DNA from: an uncultured Flavobacteriaceae bacterium
GTDB lineage: Bacteria; Bacteroidota; Bacteroidia; Flavobacteriales; Flavobacteriaceae
DNA length: 64,000 nucleotides
NCBI GenBank assembly: GCA_963715015.1
Contig: CAVQQR010000011.1
Coordinates: forward strand, 32,846 to 96,845
Direction of reading: 5' to 3'
The translations under genes were made by a program, and so were the position numbers. Shown one piece after another: positions 51,988 through 62,515 of the stretch; position 1 is the stretch's first letter, and each line of letters starts with the position of its first letter. Below the pieces are notes generated by a model. That model ran no database searches, was not told the DNA's origin, and was given only the letters and a program-made list of their open reading frames with translations.

Positions 51988-53247
51988 TTAGTCCTTTTTT
52001 TGACTGATCTCAAATGAATTTCCAGAAGGCAATTCAAACAGTTCGAGACCAAAATAAGGCACTGCAGCAATTAAATGATCAAAAATATCTGCCATGATAT
52101 ATTCGTAATTCTGCCATCTCTTGTCTTTGCTGAATGCGTAAATCTCAATAGGAATACCTTGTGTTGTAGGGGCTAATTGTCTCACCATTAATGACATCTC
52201 TGTATTGATAGCAGAATGTTTTTCTACATAGGTTTCGATATATTTTCTAAAGACACCTAAGTTAGTCAGGTTTCTGCCATTGATGAGTAATTGCTTGTCA
52301 ATTTTATTGTTTTTATTGAAATCGTCGATGATTCTTTGCCGACTATTCAAATAACCTGAAATTAACTGAATGTTCTTTAGTTCATTTACCTTTTCAGGTA
52401 AAAGAAAGCTAACGCTTTCCATTTTCAAATTCAATGAACGTTTTATTCTCCGCCCTTCGGATTCACTCATCCCTCTCCAATTTTTAAAAGAGTCTGAGAT
52501 CAGCGCATAAGTGGGAATGGTAGTTATCGTTTTGTCAAAATTCTGAACTTTTACAGTGGCCAAATTAATTTCAATGACGTCTCCGTCGGCCCCATATTTC
52601 TCAAAAGTGATCCAATCTCCAATGCGCAACATATCATTAGCGGAAACCTGAATGCTCGCTACAAAACCCAAAATGGTATCTTTAAAGATCAATAAAAATA
52701 TGGCAGAAGCGGCTCCTAAAGCGGTAATAAATTTCCAGATAGGATTGTTCGTTAAAACAGCGAAAATCAATAGAATTCCTATAAGCCAAGTAATAATAAG
52801 CAGCACTTGAATATAGCTTTCTATGGGTTTATCTTTTAAACGGGGGAGTGTTCTGAAATAATCCCTAATCGTATGAAGCATAGAGCGGATAATCCATATC
52901 AAGAGGATAATAGAATAAACCGACAAACCTTTTAAGAACAAATTTTCCCAATAGGGAAAATCTGAAAAAACGAAAGGAACTATTTCGTGAGCGATGAGAA
53001 GCGGAACCAAATGAGCTATGTTCCTGGGCAGTTTGTTTTGAACCATATAATCATCAAACTCCGTTTTAGTCTTTTCGGAAATTTTACTGAACGTACCTAA
53101 AAGAATTTTTCGAATGATAAAATCGATCAGGGCCAAAAAGATATAGGCCAGTAGCAAAAGCACAATTAAATTGAGCCATTTTGCCAAATCATTTCCTACT
53201 CCTTTTTGGACTAGATATTGATATATAAAATGATTTAAATCTTCCAT
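51988..53247 (-). CDS. Mechanosensitive channel MscS family (YbdG/MscM-like)
   Basis: FKDTILGFVASIQ, GDWITF, KVQNFDKTITTIPTY, NWRGM and GRRIKRS. Confidence 0.92.
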   Translation of the reverse strand: MEDLNHFIYQYLVQKGVGNDLAKWLNLIVLLLLAYIFLALIDFIIRKILLGTFSKISEKTKTEFDDYMVQNKLPRNIAHLVPLLIAHEIVPFVFSDFPYWENLFLKGLSVYSIILLIWIIRSMLHTIRDYFRTLPRLKDKPIESYIQVLLIITWLIGILLIFAVLTNNPIWKFITALGAASAIFLLIFKDTILGFVASIQVSANDMLRIGDWITFEKYGADGDVIEINLATVKVQNFDKTITTIPTYALISDSFKNWRGMSESEGRRIKRSLNLKMESVSFLLPEKVNELKNIQLISGYLNSRQRIIDDFNKNNKIDKQLLINGRNLTNLGVFRKYIETYVEKHSAINTEMSLMVRQLAPTTQGIPIEIYAFSKDKRWQNYEYIMADIFDHLIAAVPYFGLELFELPSGNSFEISQKKD

Positions 53248-53429
53248 GATGATAAAAAAATCTGAGAGTACAAAATTAGGCTTTTATTCAGTTTTTCCAT
53301 TGAATAAATGAGATATCTCCTCACCATTCAACATTCAACTAACCCATACTTTTTTTAACAAATAAAACTTTCATTGTGAAGTGATTATCCATTAGAATTC
53401 AATTTAATTTCTTAAATTGTAAGAAAAAA

Positions 53430-54533
53430 ATGCCCATTTACATGGATAGGCATGATGTTTCAAGCGACGTGACCGCTGAACATGTAGCCCAATTACATCA
53501 GGAAGATCTAAAGATCGAAGAACAATTTGATTGCAAAGGATTGACCTATTGGTTCGATGCTGAACGAAAAACTGCTTTTTGTTTGATCAAGGCACCCAAT
53601 AAAGAAGCTGTTTGTAAAATGCACGATTTTGCTCACGGGGTATTACCTCATAAGATTATAGAAGTTGATGAAAACGTAGTTGAATCCTTTTTAGGAAGAA
53701 TCGAAGATCCTGAAAAAGTAGTGAATAGTGAGCTTCAGATAATTGATGATCCTGCTTTTCGGTGCATTATGTACCTCGAATTATCCCACAATAGTATAGA
53801 AAGGCAAAACCACCTTCAATTCAGTTTATTTTCTGATAAGATTCATCAAAGTATTTTAAAAACCTTAAAAAAGTATGAAGGCAGGGTCGTTCAATCTGAT
53901 AATGAATCGTATTTATCATCTTTCAAATCCATTTCAAACGCAGTTTCTTGTGCATTGAATTTGCAACATAAACTTAAGTTTGTGATTCCAAAATTTGAAA
54001 AATCTTTTAAAAATGTACAAATAGGATTGAGTGCGGGTTTACCTGTTGAAGAAAAGGGAGGACTTTTTGAAGAGGCTGTGACTTTATCTAAAACGCTTTG
54101 TCAAATAATTGATAGTCCGATTACAATTACAAATGAAGTTCGGATTTATTATGAAAAAAGACATACGAATGACTTTTTAAAAAATGAATTGATACGAAGT
54201 TTGAATGTTGCAGACGAAGTTTTTATTAAAAAATTCACTATTTGTCTCGGTCAAATCTGGAATGATCCTAAATTCCAAATTCAAAATTTCGCCAAAAAAC
54301 TCGGTTATAGCCAATCTCAATTCTATCGCAAAGTAAAATCCCTTACGGGAAAATCACCCGTACAGTTCTTATCAGATTATAAATTAGATAAGTCTATCGA
54401 ATTAATTCATCATAAAAAAGGAAATATTTCAGAGATTGCTTTCGATTGCGGTTTTAATAGCGCTTCCTATTTCTCAAAATGTTTCTATAAGAAATACCAT
54501 ATTCTGCCTTCCAATTACCAGATATACTGTTAA
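53430..54533 (+). CDS. AraC-family regulator with N-terminal DUF4242 (SCO4226-like) and degenerate cyclase-like middle domain
   Basis: MPIYMDRH..HQEDL..YWFD..FCLIKAPNKEAV..MH..AHG, central IGLSAGLPV, and C-terminal SEIAFDCGFNSASYFSKCF. Confidence 0.85.
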   Translation: MPIYMDRHDVSSDVTAEHVAQLHQEDLKIEEQFDCKGLTYWFDAERKTAFCLIKAPNKEAVCKMHDFAHGVLPHKIIEVDENVVESFLGRIEDPEKVVNSELQIIDDPAFRCIMYLELSHNSIERQNHLQFSLFSDKIHQSILKTLKKYEGRVVQSDNESYLSSFKSISNAVSCALNLQHKLKFVIPKFEKSFKNVQIGLSAGLPVEEKGGLFEEAVTLSKTLCQIIDSPITITNEVRIYYEKRHTNDFLKNELIRSLNVADEVFIKKFTICLGQIWNDPKFQIQNFAKKLGYSQSQFYRKVKSLTGKSPVQFLSDYKLDKSIELIHHKKGNISEIAFDCGFNSASYFSKCFYKKYHILPSNYQIYC

Positions 54534-54653
54534 GGGGTTAGGGACGCGCGCCATGATAGTCTTGTGAGCAATTAGTGCTAGTAATTGACCAGAAATTACG
54601 TGTCAACTTATTATTTTTCAAATAAGTTTGGTTAACACATAAATCTATTTAAA

Positions 54654-55028
54654 ATGAGCACAACTTTATTTGAAAAACTAGGAGGAAAGATAGGAATCTC
54701 TAAAATTGTTGACGATACTGTCGATAATCATATGAATAATCCTGCCATTAACGCAAGATTTTTACCACTCAAGAGCGAACCTGAAAAGTTGGCCGTAATC
54801 AAAAAACACACCATAGACTTTTTCTCCATGGGTAGTGGAGGTCCGGCTCATTATAGTGGTAGAGATATGGAAACCGCACACAGAGGAATGAATATAAGCC
54901 CTGGTGAATACGTACATACCATTGATGATATCTTTGCAGCACTGAATAAAAATGGGATAGATGATTCGGCAAAAAAAGAAGTCCTTTTTATTTTATGGTC
55001 CTTAAAAGGAATGATCATAGCCAAATAA
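54654..55028 (+). CDS. Group I truncated hemoglobin
   Basis: TLFEKLGG, GGPAHYSGRDM and AHRGMNI (proximal His). TAAGTTTG promoter box at 54623-54630. Confidence 0.88.
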   Translation: MSTTLFEKLGGKIGISKIVDDTVDNHMNNPAINARFLPLKSEPEKLAVIKKHTIDFFSMGSGGPAHYSGRDMETAHRGMNISPGEYVHTIDDIFAALNKNGIDDSAKKEVLFILWSLKGMIIAK

Positions 55029-55042
55029 TTAAAATACATGTC

Positions 55043-56428
55043 ATGTCAAATACAGTCAAATTAGTACCAAAAGAAAAAATAGAACAATTCACCTTAGGAA
55101 TCAGAGGAAAAGTGATTCTTCCATCTGATCCTGATTATGAAGAATCCAGAAAGGTTTACAATGCAATGATCGATAAACATCCCGGAATGATTGTGGTTTG
55201 CTCTGATGTTGCCGATGTAATGCATTGTGTCAGGTTTAGTAAGAATCACCATTTAATCACCTCTGTTAGAGGAGGTGGGCACAATGGTGGTGGTCTTGGA
55301 TTATGCGATGAAGGAATGGTCATTGATCTTTCGGGAATAAAATTTGTCAGGGTTAGTATAAAAGATAGTACCGTAGTCGTTGGGGGTGGGAACACCTGGG
55401 GAGAGGTAGATCATGCAACACATCCATTTGGCTTGGCTGTACCAGCGGGGATCATATCGACTACCGGCGTTGGTGGACTCACATTAGGAGGAGGAGTTGG
55501 ATACCTTTCAAGAAAATATGGGCTTACCATTGATCATCTCTTAGAGGTGGATATGGTTTTGGCAGACGGCTCATTTGTAACGGTTAATAAAGATCAAAAT
55601 ACCGATCTTTTTTGGGCGGTACGCGGGGGTGGAGGAAATTTTGGAATAGTCACTTCTTTTAAATTTCAGGCACGTCCTGTTAAAAATGTAATAGGCGGGC
55701 CTACTTTGTTTCCTATAGAAAGAACAAAAGAAATCATGAAATGGTATCATCAATTCATACATGCTGCAACTGAAGATTTAAACGGTTTTATAGCCACTAT
55801 GGTGATTCCAAAATCTCCATTTCCTGAAAGCCTACATGATAAGAAATTTTGTGGTATTATTTGGTGCTATACCGGAGATCCAAAAGAATTTGATAAATTA
55901 TTTGAACCGGTAAGGGCTTTGAAACCCATTTTTGAACATGTGGGAGAAATGCCCTATCCGAATATTCAATCGCTTTTTGACGGTCTATTGCCACCGGGTT
56001 TACAATGGTATTGGAGAGCAGATTTCTTTAATGAATTAAATGAAGACTTAACTCAAAAGCATTTAGAATTTGGATCTAAAATTCCAACACCACTATCACA
56101 AATGCATTTATATCCTATCTCGGGTGCTGCCAGCAGGCCGAGCAATACAGATACGCCTTGGGCATACAGAGATGCAAAATACGCAGGTGTCTTCGTAGGC
56201 GTTGATCCAGATCCAAAAAATCGCGAAATAATTACAAATTGGGCAAAATCCTATTGGGATGCTTGTCATCCTTTTTCTATGGGTGGTGCCTATTCCAATT
56301 TTATGATGGACGAAGGTCAGGAGCGAGTAAAAGCAAGTTATAAAGGCAATTATAAAAAACTTGTCGATATAAAACGGAAATATGATCCTTTAAACTTTTT
56401 TAGGATTAACCAAAATATAAAACCATAG
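55043..56428 (+). CDS. FAD-linked oxidoreductase (VAO/berberine bridge enzyme family)
   Basis: VRGGGHN (covalent FAD His), GVGGLTLGGG, DLFWAVRGGGGNFGIVT and KRKYDPLNFF. Start reassigned to 55043. Confidence 0.92.
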   Translation: MSNTVKLVPKEKIEQFTLGIRGKVILPSDPDYEESRKVYNAMIDKHPGMIVVCSDVADVMHCVRFSKNHHLITSVRGGGHNGGGLGLCDEGMVIDLSGIKFVRVSIKDSTVVVGGGNTWGEVDHATHPFGLAVPAGIISTTGVGGLTLGGGVGYLSRKYGLTIDHLLEVDMVLADGSFVTVNKDQNTDLFWAVRGGGGNFGIVTSFKFQARPVKNVIGGPTLFPIERTKEIMKWYHQFIHAATEDLNGFIATMVIPKSPFPESLHDKKFCGIIWCYTGDPKEFDKLFEPVRALKPIFEHVGEMPYPNIQSLFDGLLPPGLQWYWRADFFNELNEDLTQKHLEFGSKIPTPLSQMHLYPISGAASRPSNTDTPWAYRDAKYAGVFVGVDPDPKNREIITNWAKSYWDACHPFSMGGAYSNFMMDEGQERVKASYKGNYKKLVDIKRKYDPLNFFRINQNIKP

Positions 56429-56511
56429 ACATCTCTAAACTAAATTGTCATTATTGCCTATCATTTCAATCTTGAAAAACTTACATTTGAGAAAATTTAA
56501 GATAAGAAATT

Positions 56512-57777
56512 ATGAGTAAGCATGATGCCTATGCTGCCTTAAGATATAAAGAATTCAATCTATTCTTATTGGTGCGTTTTGCCATGGTCTTTGCCTGGTC
56601 AATGCAGTTTGTGGTTATCGAGTGGGAGGTTTACAGTATTACGAAAGATCCGCTTTCACTGGGGATCATTGGCTTGATGGAAGTGATTCCTGCCGTGAGT
56701 TTAGCACTTTTTGCGGGGCATATTGTTGATCAGAAGGAGAAGAAAACTTTATTTATGCGTTGCATTATGGCTTTTTCTGTGATCAGTTTTGGACTTTTCC
56801 TCATTACATGGCCCGAATTTATTAAAGACTTCTCGACCACATTCATTCTTGCTTGTATTTATTTTTTGGTATTCTTAGGTGGAATTGTTCGTGCATTTTT
56901 AGGCCCTACCATTTTCTCTTTATTTTCTTTGATCGTCCCTAAAAAAATTTACCCTAATGCAGCAACCTGGAGCAGTTCTGTTTGGCAATTAGGGGTTGTC
57001 ATTGGTCCGGCCGTTGCAGGATTCTCCATTCATTGGATCGGTGTCCATTGGTCTATGATTCTTGTATTTGGGTTCACGGTCATCTCATTGTTATTGCTTT
57101 CAAAAATTGAAAAGAAACCCATTTTAAATCCAAAAATTGGCGAACCGGTTTTTAAAAGCTTGAAACAGGGAATTGATTTTGTTTTTAGCAATAAAATTAT
57201 TTTGACAGCGATAAGTTTGGATATGATTGCTGTTCTATTTGGCGGGGCGGTAGCGCTTCTCCCAATTTATGCCCAGGATATTTTAAAGGTCGGCCCTGAA
57301 GGGTTTGGCATTTTAAGAGCAGCACCTGCCGTTGGCGCGTTGATCACGATGTTCACATCGGCTCATTTCCCACTCGATAAAAACGCCGGTAAAAAATTGC
57401 TCTTCGCCATATTTGGGTTTGGTTGTTCCATCATCCTTTTCGGTTTATCTAAATCATTCTGGCTATCTGTTTTCGCTCTTTTTATGAGTGGATTAACTGA
57501 TGGTATTTCGATGATCATCAGACAAACGATTTTACAATTAAAAACCCCTGATGATATGCGGGGCAGGGTGGCCTCTGTGAACTCTATGTTCGTAGGCTCG
57601 TCTAATGAATTAGGGGCTTTTGAAAGTGGTATTACCGCTAAATGGATGGGAACCGTAACCGCAGTTGTTTTTGGTGGAACGATGACTTTACTGACAGTTA
57701 TATTTACAGGGATTATATCGCCTACATTTCGTAAATTAGACCTGAGAAAAGATTTAGAAGATCACCAAAATACCTGA
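56512..57777 (+). CDS. MFS transporter
   Basis: About 12 TM helices, AGHIVDQ and TPDDMRGRV. Confidence 0.9.
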   Translation: MSKHDAYAALRYKEFNLFLLVRFAMVFAWSMQFVVIEWEVYSITKDPLSLGIIGLMEVIPAVSLALFAGHIVDQKEKKTLFMRCIMAFSVISFGLFLITWPEFIKDFSTTFILACIYFLVFLGGIVRAFLGPTIFSLFSLIVPKKIYPNAATWSSSVWQLGVVIGPAVAGFSIHWIGVHWSMILVFGFTVISLLLLSKIEKKPILNPKIGEPVFKSLKQGIDFVFSNKIILTAISLDMIAVLFGGAVALLPIYAQDILKVGPEGFGILRAAPAVGALITMFTSAHFPLDKNAGKKLLFAIFGFGCSIILFGLSKSFWLSVFALFMSGLTDGISMIIRQTILQLKTPDDMRGRVASVNSMFVGSSNELGAFESGITAKWMGTVTAVVFGGTMTLLTVIFTGIISPTFRKLDLRKDLEDHQNT

Positions 57778-57778
57778 C

Positions 57779-58141
57779 ATGAAAAAAATCAACTGGGAAG
57801 AAGTTCCAACAGAAATAGTTACCCCTTCCATGCATCGAAAATTGATCTATGGCGAAAAGCTTATGATCGCAAAAATGAAGTTTAAAGAAGGTTTTTTAGT
57901 GCCCTTACACGAACATCACCACGAACAAATTACCCATGTACTTCAAGGTAAAATTAGGTTTTGGTTAGGGAAAAATAAAGAAGAAGTGATCGATCTGAAA
58001 GATGGAGATGTTTTGGTGATACCCTCCAATTTGCCTCATGAAGCTTTAATGATGACAGATGTGGAAGAAATTGATACATGGACACCATTGAGAGAAGATT
58101 GGTTAGACGGAACAGATCATTACCTTAAAAACGGCAAATAA
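57779..58141 (+). CDS. Cupin domain protein
   Basis: PLHEHHHEQI and GDVLVIPSNLPH. Confidence 0.88.
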   Translation: MKKINWEEVPTEIVTPSMHRKLIYGEKLMIAKMKFKEGFLVPLHEHHHEQITHVLQGKIRFWLGKNKEEVIDLKDGDVLVIPSNLPHEALMMTDVEEIDTWTPLREDWLDGTDHYLKNGK

Positions 58142-58905
58142 TGGATTTGGGCTTACAAAATAAAACCGCTTTTGTTGCTGCCTCAAGTGAAGGATTGGGT
58201 TTGAGTGTGGCTATGTCATTGGCAAGCGAAGGTGCTCAGGTGATCATTTGCGGGAGAAATCAGGATCGTTTGGATGAGGCCAAAAGAAGCATAGACAGAC
58301 TCGGATTAAAAAAATGCACTGCCTTTATTTGTGATCTGTCTAATCAATCGAGCCTGGAATCGACCTGTGAACTCATTTTAAAAGAGTTTAAAAAAATTGA
58401 TATCCTGATCACCAATACCGGCGGACCTCCTTCCGGAAATTTTAATGATTTCAATCTCTCTGATTGGCAGGTTGCCTATGACCAGTTATTTAGAAGTGCT
58501 CTGTATTTAATCAGGCAATTTTTGCCTGGAATGAAAAAACAAAAGTTTGGTCGGGTTATTTCCATCACCTCAATTGCAGCCAAACAACCCGTAAAAGGAC
58601 TCATTTTGTCTAATGCGATCAGAAGTGGCATTGCAGGTTTGATGAAATCATTGGCTAATGAATATGGCGTCTATCAAGTAACTTTTAATAATGTCATGCC
58701 CGGATATACCAAAACAAAACGATTAGCGCAATTGATAGATGATCATCCTGATTTTCTGGAAAAAACTAAAGACATTCCTCTAAGACGTTTTGCAGAGCCT
58801 GAAGAATTTGCCGCTGTAGTTACCTTTTTGGCAAGTGAAAAGTCGAGCTATTTAACCGGAAATTCTCTGGCCATTGATGGCGGTTGCATTCAATCTATTT
58901 TTTAA
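58141..58905 (+). CDS. SDR-family oxidoreductase
   Basis: AASSEGLG, NTGGP, SNAIR (atypical active site), PGYTKT and IDGG. Confidence 0.9.
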   Translation: MDLGLQNKTAFVAASSEGLGLSVAMSLASEGAQVIICGRNQDRLDEAKRSIDRLGLKKCTAFICDLSNQSSLESTCELILKEFKKIDILITNTGGPPSGNFNDFNLSDWQVAYDQLFRSALYLIRQFLPGMKKQKFGRVISITSIAAKQPVKGLILSNAIRSGIAGLMKSLANEYGVYQVTFNNVMPGYTKTKRLAQLIDDHPDFLEKTKDIPLRRFAEPEEFAAVVTFLASEKSSYLTGNSLAIDGGCIQSIF

Positions 58906-59027
58906 TTTAATACATTGATAAAATAATATTGATTTTTGTCAAAAAAGCGAGTTTATTTTATCACACATCACTTTGTCAAATAGCCATTTTATATTTACTT
59001 TGACGATCATTCGCTCAAAATATTCAT

Positions 59028-61547
59028 TTGGTAAAGAATTACATTTTATTCATTATTTTTTTGTTTTTTTGGTCAACTTTTGCAATTGCCCAAAATGATG
59101 TTGCTACTATAGAGGCAGAAGGAAATCAGGCTTATTGTCCAACAACTGAAATTCCTGTAGTTACAGATTTTAACATCTTCGATCCTAACAATAATTCTAT
59201 TAGCGAATTCTACATACAGATTTCAGAAGGATACGAAAGAGGGACAGACAATTTAAAGCTCTCAAATCCATCCAGTCATCCCAACATTATTGCAACTCCT
59301 TTTGATGTGCAGCAAGGAAAATTTGCGCTATTTCCAAAAACAGGAGATTCAATGGACTATGATGAATTAATTGCTGCCGTAAAAGATGTTGTTTATTGGA
59401 ATACCCAAGTTGATGTACAAGGAGAAAGAGTTTTTTCATTAACCCTAGGTTCTGCAAATTATCTTCCTTCAACAGGTCATTATTATAAATTTATACCCTC
59501 AATTGGCATTACCTGGCAGGCTGCAAGGGTAGAAGCTGAATCATTAAATTATTATGGTTTACAGGGTTATCTCGCCACGATTTTATCTCAAGATGAGGCT
59601 GTGCTTTCAGGTGAACAAGCAGAAGGCGCCGGATGGATTGGGGGCAGTGATGCCGAAGTGGAGGGTGTATGGCGCTGGGTAACTGGACCAGAATCCTTAA
59701 CAGCTGATAACATTTTTTGGAATGGTGGAATTAACGGTTCTACACCTGCCGGAAAATTTGCTTTTTGGAATACAAATGAACCTAATAATCTTGGTGATGA
59801 AGATTATGCGCACGTCACGGCTCCTGGAGTAGGTGTTCCAGGCTCATGGAACGACTTAAGCAATGTTGGTTCTGCTGAAGGAGATTATCAACCTAAAGGT
59901 TTTATTGTTGAATATGGGGGAATGCCTGGTGATCCTGTACTAGACTTATCTGAAAGTACACGTATTTACATTCCAAAAATTACTGCCACAGAAGGTGCCG
60001 AAAGATGTGGTGGCGGAGTTTTAAATTTAACTGCTTCAGCCAGTTCAGGCGAAGTCTATTGGTTTGAAAGTTTGGAAAGTGCGACCCCTATCCATACAGG
60101 TGACAATTATAGTCCTGATTTGTCAGCATCAAAAACATACTATGTTCTGGCTTCTGAAGATGCAGATTGTCATGCAGGAATTAGAACAGAAGTTTTTGCC
60201 GTGGTACATCCCAATCCTGACATAAATGACATAGTAACGTTAAAGAATTGCGATGAGGATGGCAATACAGATGGGTTTACCGATTTTAACTTAAACCAGG
60301 CGAACGCTTTGATTTTTATTCCTTCTGGGGGTGGAGATGATCCGCCAGCGTTTGGCTATTATTTGAGCAGAAGTGATGCTGAAAATGATGTCAATGAAAT
60401 TCCTACCTCACCATTTAACAACAGAACAAGCTCTGAAGTTTATTGCAGGGTTGAAAGTAACCAAGGTTGTTTTCGCATTTCTCAGGTGAATCTTTCTGTT
60501 TCTGCTCCATCACCTATTGAGCCAGGCTATTTTTATTCGCTCATCACTTGTGACACGGACAATAAAAATGATGGTTTTTTTAGTTTTAATCTCAGTGAAG
60601 CGACACAGCCTATTTTAGATCAGGCGCCAAGCGGACAAGATCTGCGCGTAAAATATTACGTAAATGCGGAGGATGCTCAATTGGAAATGAACGAATTACC
60701 CCAAGAAAACTTCGTCAATACGATTGCCTTTGAGCAATCGATTTTCGTGAGAATTGAGAGTGCTGATAATGCGGATTGTATAGGTATTGGTGAATACCTT
60801 AAGCTAGTTGTCAATCCTTTGCCAGAGTTCAAAGTAAAACAGGAATTTATTTTATGTTTAAATATTGGTTCTATTTTGGTAGAAACCTTTGACCCGCAGG
60901 GGGATTATACTTACCAATGGTTTAATGACCAAGGCACTTTGATAGGCTCGGGACCGACAATTGACCTGAGCGGTCCCGGAAATTACACGGTCATCGCTAC
61001 CTCAGATCAAAACTGCAAATCAAAAGTGAGAAATTTTGTGGTTAAAGAATCTGATCGACCTAATTTAACGGCCAACGACATTCAAGTTGAAGATAATCGT
61101 AACAATAATACAATCACTGTTCTAACAGCAAATTTAGGTGTTGGAGATTATCGTTTTGCTCTGGATAATGGCCCTTTTCAGGTTGAAAATATATTTGAAT
61201 TTGTGGAGGCAGGCTTACACATTGTTCGTGTAAGAGATCGAAATGGCTGTGGAGAGGCGAATATAGAAGTCTCTGTGATTGGTTTTCCTAAATTTTTCAC
61301 ACCAAATAATGATGGTTTTAACGATTTTTGGCAAGTAGAGGGTATCGAGTTTCAACCCAATTCTACCATCAATATTTTTGATCGTTTTGGAAAATTATTA
61401 TTCATTTTAAACGGAGATCAAAAAGGTTGGGATGGATCTTATCAAGGTATCGAGATGCCGTCAACTGATTATTGGTATGTAGGCAATTTAGAGGATGGAA
61501 GGGTCGTAAAAGGGCATTTTAGTTTAATTAGGAGTGAAAAAAGATGA
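59028..61547 (+). CDS. T9SS type B CTD protein with C-type lectin domain
   Basis: Signal peptide, WIGGSD..WRWVTG..EPNN..WND, and type B CTD FPKFFTPNNDGFND..IFDRFGKL..WDG..DYWY..KGHFSL. Confidence 0.88.
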   Translation: MVKNYILFIIFLFFWSTFAIAQNDVATIEAEGNQAYCPTTEIPVVTDFNIFDPNNNSISEFYIQISEGYERGTDNLKLSNPSSHPNIIATPFDVQQGKFALFPKTGDSMDYDELIAAVKDVVYWNTQVDVQGERVFSLTLGSANYLPSTGHYYKFIPSIGITWQAARVEAESLNYYGLQGYLATILSQDEAVLSGEQAEGAGWIGGSDAEVEGVWRWVTGPESLTADNIFWNGGINGSTPAGKFAFWNTNEPNNLGDEDYAHVTAPGVGVPGSWNDLSNVGSAEGDYQPKGFIVEYGGMPGDPVLDLSESTRIYIPKITATEGAERCGGGVLNLTASASSGEVYWFESLESATPIHTGDNYSPDLSASKTYYVLASEDADCHAGIRTEVFAVVHPNPDINDIVTLKNCDEDGNTDGFTDFNLNQANALIFIPSGGGDDPPAFGYYLSRSDAENDVNEIPTSPFNNRTSSEVYCRVESNQGCFRISQVNLSVSAPSPIEPGYFYSLITCDTDNKNDGFFSFNLSEATQPILDQAPSGQDLRVKYYVNAEDAQLEMNELPQENFVNTIAFEQSIFVRIESADNADCIGIGEYLKLVVNPLPEFKVKQEFILCLNIGSILVETFDPQGDYTYQWFNDQGTLIGSGPTIDLSGPGNYTVIATSDQNCKSKVRNFVVKESDRPNLTANDIQVEDNRNNNTITVLTANLGVGDYRFALDNGPFQVENIFEFVEAGLHIVRVRDRNGCGEANIEVSVIGFPKFFTPNNDGFNDFWQVEGIEFQPNSTINIFDRFGKLLFILNGDQKGWDGSYQGIEMPSTDYWYVGNLEDGRVVKGHFSLIRSEKR

Positions 61548-62506
61548 TAAATAAAAGCCTAATATTCCTATTATTACTTTTCCTTTTTGAAGTTCATTCA
61601 CAGGAAACGTTTCCCGTAAATTTTGATTATTTGTCGGACAACGTTTACTTGATACATCCTGCAGCAGCAGGTATTGGTAATTGCGGAAAATTTAGACTGA
61701 CCTATGGGCAGAGTTTTATAGGCATAGAAGACGGTCCTTCTTTGCAGACACTCAATTTTCACAATCGTTTTTGGGATAAGGCGGCCGTTGGAGGCATCAT
61801 TTTTAACGACCAGAATGGGTATCATGCCAAGAGAGGGTTTTTAGGTACCTATGCCTATCATATAGGCTTTGATAAAGGGTATAATTTAAATCAACTTTCA
61901 TTTGGTTTGAGTTTTATGTATTTGCAAAACAGCGCAGATCAGAGTGAGTTTATTACGGATGATCCCGTCATTTCGGGGAACACAGAAACGTCAAATTATT
62001 TTAATGCAGATTTCGGACTTTCCTACCACAACTTAAATTACTTTAGTTATTTCACGATCAAAAATATTTTAAAAAGTAAAAGAGACCTGGTCAATTCAAG
62101 TTTAGAGACCGAAAATTTGAGAAGATATTTGTTTACAATCGGAGGTGTGTTAAATCAAGATAAAGATTATTTTTTTGAACCCTCTATCATGGGTCAATAT
62201 ATCGAATACACCAAAGAAACATGGGTAGATTTTAACTTAAAAACATTTCGAAAACTGAATAGGGAAGGAAATCAATTGTGGGTGGCTCTTTCTTACAGAC
62301 AAAGTTTTGACAGTTCTGACTTAGAATCGCTAAAGCAAATTACCCCAATGGTCGGTGTCAATGTGAACCGATGGCTACTTTCTTATAACTATACTCATCA
62401 ACTGGGTGATGTGGTTTTTCAGAGTAGTGTGAATCACCAGATCACAGTAGGTTTTAACTTAGAATGCGTGACAGAGATCACTCGATTATGGGATATTCAG
62501 AATTAA
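61544..62506 (+). CDS. PorP/SprF-family T9SS outer-membrane protein
   Basis: YLSDNVYLIHPAAAG, FNDQNG and TYAYH. Translationally coupled (ATGA overlap) to the type B cargo. Confidence 0.88.
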   Translation: MINKSLIFLLLLFLFEVHSQETFPVNFDYLSDNVYLIHPAAAGIGNCGKFRLTYGQSFIGIEDGPSLQTLNFHNRFWDKAAVGGIIFNDQNGYHAKRGFLGTYAYHIGFDKGYNLNQLSFGLSFMYLQNSADQSEFITDDPVISGNTETSNYFNADFGLSYHNLNYFSYFTIKNILKSKRDLVNSSLETENLRRYLFTIGGVLNQDKDYFFEPSIMGQYIEYTKETWVDFNLKTFRKLNREGNQLWVALSYRQSFDSSDLESLKQITPMVGVNVNRWLLSYNYTHQLGDVVFQSSVNHQITVGFNLECVTEITRLWDIQN

Positions 62507-62515
62507 TTATTTTAT

